A program made the translations under genes and the position numbers. A DNA stretch of 64,000 bases from an uncultured Acidimicrobiales bacterium (GTDB taxonomy: Bacteria > Actinomycetota > Acidimicrobiia > Acidimicrobiales > SZUA-35): assembly GCA_937997485.1 (NCBI GenBank), contig CALKTH010000059.1, forward strand, positions 37,569-101,568, given 5' to 3'. Of the stretch, positions 53,732-64,000 are shown one piece after another (the first letter of the stretch is position 1; every line of letters starts with the position of its first letter). The notes under the pieces were generated by a model, which was not told where the DNA came from, did no database searches, and saw only the letters and a program-made list of their open reading frames with translations.

Positions 53732-54838
53732 TCACGAGTTCGCGGCTTGGACGCGTCGCCACCGCAGCCACGCCTCCATGAAGGGGCTGACCTCGCCGTT
53801 GAGCACGACGTCTGGTTGGCCGGAGGTATGACCGGAGCGCTCATCTTTCACCTGCTGGTAGGGCTGGAGGACATACGAACGGATCTGGCTCCCCCACTCC
53901 ACGCTCTTGGCCTCGCCCGCCTCTTCCGCAAGCTTGTCCTGCCGCTTCTGGTGTTCCAGATCCACGAGCTTCATGGCCAACATCTGCATGCATCGATCCT
54001 TGTTCTGATGCTGGCTTCGCTCGTTCTGACATGAGACCACAATCCCGGTGGGCAAGTGGGTGATGCGCACCGCTGAGTCAGTCACGTTCACATGCTGACC
54101 ACCAGCGCCCGAGCTCCGGAACGTGTCGATCCGCAGCTCCTTTTCGTCGATGTCGACCTGATCTGCGGCGTCTTCGATGTAGGGCACGACCTGGAACGAG
54201 GCGAAGGCAGTGTGGCGACGAGCTTGGCTGTCGAACGGGCTGATGCGCACCAACCGGTGGACGCCGCGCTCGGCCTGCAGCATCCCGTAGGCGTACCGAC
54301 CTCGAACCACGAACGTGGCAGCAGTGATCCCTGCCTCGGCGCCTTCTTGCGCTTCGGTGACCTCGAGCGTGAAGCCTCGGTTCTGCGCCCACTTCCGGTA
54401 CATGTTGAACAGCATCTCGGCCCAGTCCTGGGAGTCGGTGCCGCCCGCGCCGGAGTGCACTTCGCACACGGCATCGCCTTCGTCGTACTGGCCGGTGTAG
54501 AGAGCGCGGAGCTCAAGCTGGTTGAACTCGGCGGTCATGGTCGAGACCAGCGCCTGCGCTTCGGTCGCAAAGTCGGCGTCTTCCTTGGACAGCTCGATCA
54601 TGTCGGGCATGTCCTCGATCTGACTGGCGAGCCGGTCGTAGAGATCGAGATCGTCCTTGACTTGGCTGTACTCGGTCTGAACTTCCCTGGCGCGATCAGC
54701 GTCGTCCCAGAGATCGGGACGGCCCATCTCGGTTTCGAGCTGAGGCAGCCGAGCGCGAAGCTCGGGGATTCGGAGGTATTCCTCGGCCTCGATCAAATCC
54801 GCCTGGAGGCGGGCGAGGTCGTCATCGAGTTCGGCCAC
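53732..54838 (-). CDS. prfB: Peptide chain release factor 2 (uninterrupted frame)
   Basis: SGAGGQHVN (GGQ) and the SPF-context ISPFDS are present. The N-terminus is the RF2 type. Confidence 0.95.
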   Translation of the reverse strand: MAELDDDLARLQADLIEAEEYLRIPELRARLPQLETEMGRPDLWDDADRAREVQTEYSQVKDDLDLYDRLASQIEDMPDMIELSKEDADFATEAQALVSTMTAEFNQLELRALYTGQYDEGDAVCEVHSGAGGTDSQDWAEMLFNMYRKWAQNRGFTLEVTEAQEGAEAGITAATFVVRGRYAYGMLQAERGVHRLVRISPFDSQARRHTAFASFQVVPYIEDAADQVDIDEKELRIDTFRSSGAGGQHVNVTDSAVRITHLPTGIVVSCQNERSQHQNKDRCMQMLAMKLVDLEHQKRQDKLAEEAGEAKSVEWGSQIRSYVLQPYQQVKDERSGHTSGQPDVVLNGEVSPFMEAWLRWRRVQAANS

Positions 54839-54841
54839 GAT

Positions 54842-57652
<2,811 letters not shown>

Positions 57653-57721
57653 GAGACCGGCGAGTCTACCGTCGCCGTTCGCTGGCGATTGGGCACCGCC
57701 GTTCAGCGGTGTGCGGAACCG

Positions 57722-58291
57722 TCAGCCCCCGGGCGGGGTGATGTCGATGAGCCCGACGTCGCCTTCGTCTCGTCGGTACACGACAGCATTTCGACCTGTC
57801 AGCTCGTTCGTGAACAGGTAGAAGTCGTGGTTCAGGAGATCCATTTGCAGGGCGGCCTCTTCTGGAGGCATCGATCCCAGATCGAAGACCTTGGCCTTCG
57901 CGATCGTGTAGATCGGCTCGGGGTGATCGCCTTCGAGCAGGCTCTCTGGCACGAGATCCGGCGGAAGCTCGACCTTCTCGCGAGAACGATTGCGCTTCTG
58001 GACCTTGGTCTTGAGCTTGCGAAGCTGGCGTTCGAGCTTGTCGACGGCAAGGTCGATGGCCGTGAAGCCATCCGGGGCGGACACTTTCGTTCGCACGTGG
58101 TGGCCGTGACCCTCCAACGTCACCTCGCAGAACTCGGTTTTGTCCTTTCTGGGATTCTTCTCTTCCCAGAAGTGCACTTCGGCTCGGTCCATCCCACCGA
58201 GATATCGATCCAGACGTCCGATTTTCTCCACTGCCTGCTGTCGGAGTGACTCCGACACCGTCGTGTGTCGACCGCTGACCGTTACCTCCAT
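57722..58291 (-). CDS. hpf: Ribosome hibernation promoting factor (long HPF)
   Basis: MEVTVSGRHTTVSESLRQQAVEKIGRLDRYL, with a C-terminal dimerisation-type extension. Confidence 0.9.
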   Translation of the reverse strand: MEVTVSGRHTTVSESLRQQAVEKIGRLDRYLGGMDRAEVHFWEEKNPRKDKTEFCEVTLEGHGHHVRTKVSAPDGFTAIDLAVDKLERQLRKLKTKVQKRNRSREKVELPPDLVPESLLEGDHPEPIYTIAKAKVFDLGSMPPEEAALQMDLLNHDFYLFTNELTGRNAVVYRRDEGDVGLIDITPPGG

Positions 58292-58350
58292 GGAGGCTCC
58301 CTTCAGAAATGCTCGATGTATGGGTTCTGTGTCCCTCTATCGGCAAAGGT

Positions 58351-59058
58351 TCACGCTGCGTGACGCTTTCGCCGCTTGAGGTTGCCGCCCACCATAGATT
58401 CTCCGTGCGAACTCTGCCCGGAGAGCGCTGGTTGCTCCTGCCACCCCTGGCCTTCTGCCCGGTGGATGTCTCCGGGCCGGACCGACGCCGCAATCGTGAT
58501 CGCCGAGACGTGTTCGGCCCCAGCCGAACGGAGCGCACGGCTTGCGGCTTGGAGCGACGCACCGGTGGTGATGACATCGTCGATGAGAAGGATGGTGGCT
58601 GGCACACGAGCCACACGCGTGCGGATCTCTGGACCGGCGAAGCGCTCCTCGCGATCGCGACCCTTTTGGCTCGCTCCTCGGCGACGGAGCAAGGGTCGCG
58701 AGGGAAGATCGAGTGACCGGGCGACTGCGCGGGCAAGCACGCGCCCCTGATCGAAGCCTCGTTCTCGCCGGTGGCTGGCTGTTGCTGGAACGAAGCTCAC
58801 GGCATCGAAGTCCACGCCGAACGCCCGGTCGACTTCGGCCGCCATGGAGCGAGCGGCCTCACGAAGGAGATCACGCCGGCCAAAGTTCTTGCCCGACAGC
58901 ACCAGTGAGCGGCTGACACTGTCGTACTCATACAGCGCTCGACACTGGTCCAGCTCGGCAACTGCCAGCGGCCCGCCGGTGCGGAATCGCATCTGGCACG
59001 TCTCACAGATCGAGCGATCGGTCCGACCGCACACGGGACATCGTCGGCTGAGAAGCAT
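58351..59058 (-). CDS. ComF-family phosphoribosyltransferase-domain protein
   Basis: The N-terminal Cys pairs are CPVCGR...CETC. The PRTase motif is ILLIDDVITTGASL. Confidence 0.8.
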   Translation of the reverse strand: MLLSRRCPVCGRTDRSICETCQMRFRTGGPLAVAELDQCRALYEYDSVSRSLVLSGKNFGRRDLLREAARSMAAEVDRAFGVDFDAVSFVPATASHRRERGFDQGRVLARAVARSLDLPSRPLLRRRGASQKGRDREERFAGPEIRTRVARVPATILLIDDVITTGASLQAASRALRSAGAEHVSAITIAASVRPGDIHRAEGQGWQEQPALSGQSSHGESMVGGNLKRRKRHAA

Positions 59059-59140
59059 GCGTCCATCATGACGAGACGGTGTGACAGCGCTGTTTCGGCC
59101 GCGTTGTCGGACCGTGTTGCTTTCGTGACTCTCCGTTACC

Positions 59141-59184
59141 CAAAACTACGAGCGCCGCAGCACCCCGAAGGTGCTGCGGCGCTC
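59141..59184 (-). terminator. Rho-independent terminator of ahcY
   Basis: The 15-bp stem GAGCGCCGCAGCACC / GGTGCTGCGGCGCTC is followed on the minus strand by GTAGTTTTG. Confidence 0.75.
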
Positions 59185-59205
59185 AGCCACGAGGTGAGAT
59201 GCGGA

Positions 59206-60684
<1,479 letters not shown>

Positions 60685-60797
60685 GTCGGTCTCCCGTAGG
60701 TGTCGGTGGATCTGGGAGGGCTGAGGCCTGCTGGCCCGGATCACGGCAGCCCGAATGTCCGTTGCGGAGGCTATCGGGGCCTGGGAGGCTGGCGGGG

Positions 60798-61520
60798 ATG
60801 CCACTTGACTTCGTTCGATATCGCACGCTCATTTCTCACGATGTGGCGCTCGCCGCCTCTGTCTTCGAGGCGAGCGATCCCACCCTCGTCGTTCCGGCCT
60901 GTCCGGACTGGCCGCTCACCGAGCTGCGGGACCACATGGCCGGCACGCTGGCCTTCTGGATCCACCAGCTCCGACGAGCTGATGCGGATGCCGATGGTCC
61001 GGACTTCACCCCACAGGTGAGAGACCGCCACCGCCTCCCGTTGACTGAGCTGGGCGAGGAACTCGTTGGACTGCTGGCCAACACAGAGGCCGATGCGCCG
61101 TGCTGGAACTGGTCCGCGGCTCCGAATCGAGCCGATTGGGCGGCTCGACGGATGGCGAACGAGATGGCGATGCACCGCGTCGACATGCAATCGGCCTCTG
61201 GCATCGATGCCATCACGTCGATCGCGTACGACCTCGCGGCCGACGGTGTCGACGAGCTGTTCAGCACCTTTGCTGGAGCGGAAGACGAGGCGGCCGTCGC
61301 CGGTCCGGTGCTCGCCATCACAATTCCCACTCGGGGCTGGGCAGTGCGCGTTCACCCCGAGCTCGGGGTCGCGCCGGCGGAACCCTCCGAGGCGGCGGAC
61401 GTGCTCGCTGGTGAGCCGAGCGATGTCGTTCAGTTTCTTTGGGGGCGGCCGAACCGAGCCACGATCGAAGGCAACGGCACCGCCCTCGAGGCCTGGCGCT
61501 CGCTTCCCATCTTCAGCTGA
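60798..61520 (+). CDS. DinB-fold, maleylpyruvate-isomerase-family mycothiol-dependent enzyme
   Basis: The N-terminal MDMPI-type pattern is present ([15 protein letters not shown]...). I placed the start at the ATG at 60798. Confidence 0.65.
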   Translation: MPLDFVRYRTLISHDVALAASVFEASDPTLVVPACPDWPLTELRDHMAGTLAFWIHQLRRADADADGPDFTPQVRDRHRLPLTELGEELVGLLANTEADAPCWNWSAAPNRADWAARRMANEMAMHRVDMQSASGIDAITSIAYDLAADGVDELFSTFAGAEDEAAVAGPVLAITIPTRGWAVRVHPELGVAPAEPSEAADVLAGEPSDVVQFLWGRPNRATIEGNGTALEAWRSLPIFS

Positions 61521-61568
61521 CACACCGGGGACACCCCAGATTGGCGAGTGGGTCGCTGAGAGGTTCGG

Positions 61569-62006
61569 TCAGTCGGCTTCGAGAAAGGTGCGGAGGCCGG
61601 CGGCGGCACGGTCACCGATGCGATCGAACGCCAGGCCGAGGAGCGGGTTGCCGATGGCAAACAGCCCGAGCAGCACCAGGTCGGCTGCGTAGGTCACTTC
61701 GCAGCCGCTGCCTGCCTCCACCACGGTAATCACATCATCGGAACGCAGTGCTTTGCTCTCGGCGACGATCACGAATCGGAACGGTTCGTCGAACGAGGTG
61801 GTTTTGTAGACCAACGGCAGCGAGTTGCCGACGAAGCCTTTCACTTCCAGCTCGAAGGAGGCGCCCACACCAGGCCGATCGCCCTCGATCTGCTTTCCAG
61901 CTGAGACACCCGGATCCCACTCTTGGAATCGCTCAACCGCTGCGAGACGCTCGAACGCTTCCTGTTGAGACAACGGCGAGGCGATGGTGACTTCGTAGTG
62001 AGCCAT
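61569..62006 (-). CDS. SRPBCC-family protein
   Basis: A 145-aa protein with the START/Bet v1-like pattern (MAHYEVTIASPLSQQEAFERLAAVERFQEWDP). Confidence 0.65.
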   Translation of the reverse strand: MAHYEVTIASPLSQQEAFERLAAVERFQEWDPGVSAGKQIEGDRPGVGASFELEVKGFVGNSLPLVYKTTSFDEPFRFVIVAESKALRSDDVITVVEAGSGCEVTYAADLVLLGLFAIGNPLLGLAFDRIGDRAAAGLRTFLEAD

Positions 62007-62099
62007 TCGGTGATGATGACAGCCCCAGCCGATGGCTGTGGAGTCAGTCTGGGAGCAATGACGTCCCCTGCCGGGGAGGATGCAGCCAGAAGCGCCCGC

Positions 62100-62873
62100 T
62101 CAGCGGGCCTTCATGGCTCCGTCGATGGGGATGGCGGCACCGCTCAAGAACCGAGCGTCGTCGGAGAGCAGGAATGTCATCAGGTCGGCGACCTCGCTCG
62201 GCGCTCCGTATCGGCCGAGCGGAATGTTGGATGCAATGAGTGCTTGCAACGTGGCGGCGTCGACGTCGTCAGACTTCATTGCATCTTCGAGCGATCGCAT
62301 CATCCGAGTGTCGATCGGCGAGGGGCAGATTGCATTGCAGCGCACGGCCTGCGGAGCGAACTCGAGCGCAGCCGATTTCGTGAGCCCGATCACTGCATGC
62401 TTCGAGGCGGAGTACGCCGAGAGGTTCGACGCTCCGCTGAGTCCAGCCACGGACGAGACGTTGACGATCGCTCCCCCGCCACCCTCGATGATCAACGGGG
62501 CGATGATCTGCATCCCGAGGAAGACCCCCTTGACATTGATCGCCAGTACGCGATCCAGCATCTCTTCGGGATACTCAACGAGCGGCGTGATTGCCCCCTC
62601 GATCCCGGCGTTGTTGACGAGGCCGTCGATTCGCCCGAACGTGCCGATGGCAAGTTCGCGGGTGGATTCCCAATCCGCACGGCTGGTCACGTCAGCCACT
62701 TGCGACACCACGGTGTCTCCCATCTCGCCCGCCGTATCCACGCCGGTCCCGGCGAGGTCGGTGGCGACCACGTTGGCGCCAGACGCGACGAAGCGCTCGA
62801 CCGCGGCAAGGCCGATGCCCCCGCCCGCACCCGTCACAACGATGGTCTTGCCTTGGAGATCAGCCATCTGCAC
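62100..62873 (-). CDS. SDR-family oxidoreductase (classical, NAD(P)-dependent)
   Basis: VVTGAGGGIGLA, NNAG and YSASKHAV motifs are present. Confidence 0.85.
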   Translation of the reverse strand: MQMADLQGKTIVVTGAGGGIGLAAVERFVASGANVVATDLAGTGVDTAGEMGDTVVSQVADVTSRADWESTRELAIGTFGRIDGLVNNAGIEGAITPLVEYPEEMLDRVLAINVKGVFLGMQIIAPLIIEGGGGAIVNVSSVAGLSGASNLSAYSASKHAVIGLTKSAALEFAPQAVRCNAICPSPIDTRMMRSLEDAMKSDDVDAATLQALIASNIPLGRYGAPSEVADLMTFLLSDDARFLSGAAIPIDGAMKAR

Positions 62874-62938
62874 TCTCTAGCAGGGAGGCCGTACCTGGGT
62901 CGAACGCTCACGGCTCGTGAGCCTCAAACCCGCTCTGT

Positions 62939-63973
62939 TCAGGCGCCGCCGTCCAGCCAGGTCTTCAGTTCGTCGACGACATCGAGCGGCCCGGGATCGA
63001 TGCCCTCGATCTTGGCCAACTCGAGCGTGGTGATGTCGCCGGTGAAGACGAGATCGAACAGTTGGGCGACCGGACCATCGCCGCCGGCTCCAACGCTGAG
63101 CACGCCGGCGAGCACATCCGCTGTCTTCTCTTCAACAAACTCGAAGCGCCGTGCGGTTTGGGGATGCTCGGCGTCGTGTCGAAGCTGAATCTGGGTGATG
63201 TATTGCTTGGTGATGTCGCCGTTGCGACCGAAGCCGACCAACTCGTTGTGACAGAGATCGGGCATCGGAGACCAGAAGGCCGGTGTCTTGACGTTGTGGT
63301 TGAAGGCCATCTTCCAGCGTCGGGCAGCCGTGGTGCCGATGGCGCCACCGCCGTAGATCACCGGCATGGTCCGGCCGATGCGCTCGGCCAGCGCGGCAGC
63401 GGGGTTGTCGTCAGCGAGGAACTCGTCGCGACGAGTGTTGAGCTGGGCGACGGCCCCGAGCAGCCAGGTGCGGGCACCGGGGAACAGCCCGGCCGCCTCG
63501 AGCGTGAGCATCACGGGAACCGAGAGCGCGCCCAAGGCCGCTCGAGGCATGGGGGCGTCGCCGACCACGGGCAGGACCGGAGCGCCAACACGCTCGGCCA
63601 ACTCGGCGAGCGGTCCGCCGTTCGTGACGGCCACGAGGGAGGCACCCGCCTCGACCGCAGCTTCGAGCGATTCCAGCGTCTCTTCCGTGCTGCCGGACTC
63701 AGACATGGCGATGACCAGCGTCGTGCGGTCGACCCAGGACGGCGGGAGGTAGCCGCCGTAGACGGTGATGGGCTTCGGCGAGAACGGACGGGCACTGGCA
63801 GCAGCAACATCGCCGCCGAAGCCACTGTCGCCCATGCCGAGGATGAGGACGTTCTGGATCGTGTCAGGAGCGGGAAGTCCCGCGATGGTGTTGATCTCGG
63901 CCATTGAGGCCGCGATCTGCTCGGGAAGCCCGAGCATGGCATCCCACATTCCGAGGGAATCGAGTCGGGACAT
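62939..63973 (-). CDS. SIS-domain bifunctional phosphoglucose/phosphomannose isomerase-like protein
   Basis: The SIS pattern is ILGMGDSGFGG...VIAMSESGSTEE. The size and pattern match actinobacterial PGI/PMI. Confidence 0.75.
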   Translation of the reverse strand: MSRLDSLGMWDAMLGLPEQIAASMAEINTIAGLPAPDTIQNVLILGMGDSGFGGDVAAASARPFSPKPITVYGGYLPPSWVDRTTLVIAMSESGSTEETLESLEAAVEAGASLVAVTNGGPLAELAERVGAPVLPVVGDAPMPRAALGALSVPVMLTLEAAGLFPGARTWLLGAVAQLNTRRDEFLADDNPAAALAERIGRTMPVIYGGGAIGTTAARRWKMAFNHNVKTPAFWSPMPDLCHNELVGFGRNGDITKQYITQIQLRHDAEHPQTARRFEFVEEKTADVLAGVLSVGAGGDGPVAQLFDLVFTGDITTLELAKIEGIDPGPLDVVDELKTWLDGGA

Positions 63974-64000
63974 GTCAGACCTCGAACGTCGGTGAGAGGG

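Noticed and set aside
53732-54838. Programmed +1 frameshift expected in many prfB genes.
   Set aside because: The RF2 frame is continuous from ATG to stop, with no in-frame TGA near the N-terminus, so no recoding is present here.
60685-60797. Possible SAH riboswitch in the ahcY leader.
   Set aside because: I looked for the conserved GAGGAGCGCUGC ... CAGGCUCGG ... AACGGCGCUC blocks on the minus strand. Only loose fragments turned up (GCAACGG, CAGGCCUC) and they are in the wrong order. A covariance-model search (Rfam SAH_riboswitch) would settle it.

Overview
This is a high-GC actinobacterial chromosome segment. That placement rests on a mycothiol-type DinB/MDMPI enzyme, an F420-type nitroreductase-family protein and a conservon operon. 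An Acidimicrobiia-like origin is only a guess. I can support about 60 protein genes, one tRNA-Leu(UAG), the tmRNA, several strong terminator hairpins and a few unusual repeats. The right half is mostly housekeeping: rpe, clpP, rdgB-rph-murI, smpB-ssrA, ftsEX, prfB, secA, hpf and ahcY. The left half is rich in signalling and envelope genes: the cvnABCD conservon, three GGDEF-EAL proteins, one HD-GYP protein, an HK-RR-HK cluster and a peptidoglycan/OmpA cluster. The strongest signal is two unrelated genes on opposite strands, each split in the ORF track by a single in-frame TGA. One is a TlpA/ResA-like thioredoxin-fold lipoprotein (15550..16143, minus). The other is a GrdB/PrdB-family protein (26085..26954, plus). 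In both, the TGA sits exactly where the redox Cys/Sec of the family lies (WAPW-TGA-PTC and VPL-TGA-PVC). Both carry the same 13-nt hairpin-forming sequence CCAGTTYGGTCGC starting exactly 20 nt after the TGA. I read this as selenocysteine recoding with a shared SECIS-like element, not as two pseudogenes. No sel genes lie in the window, so this needs genome-level confirmation. Other items worth a look: a fully degenerate GGDEF-EAL protein divergent from cvnA; a membrane protein with three copies of a ~70-aa module, two of whose cores are 121/123 nt identical; a perfect 43-bp tandem palindromic repeat in the ferredoxin-P450/azlC divergent promoter; a 288-bp segment bounded by 25-bp inverted repeats; and a 16-nt periodic repeat array. 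No CRISPR array, rRNA, transposase or integrase was seen. All coordinates include stop codons, and start codons are best guesses.
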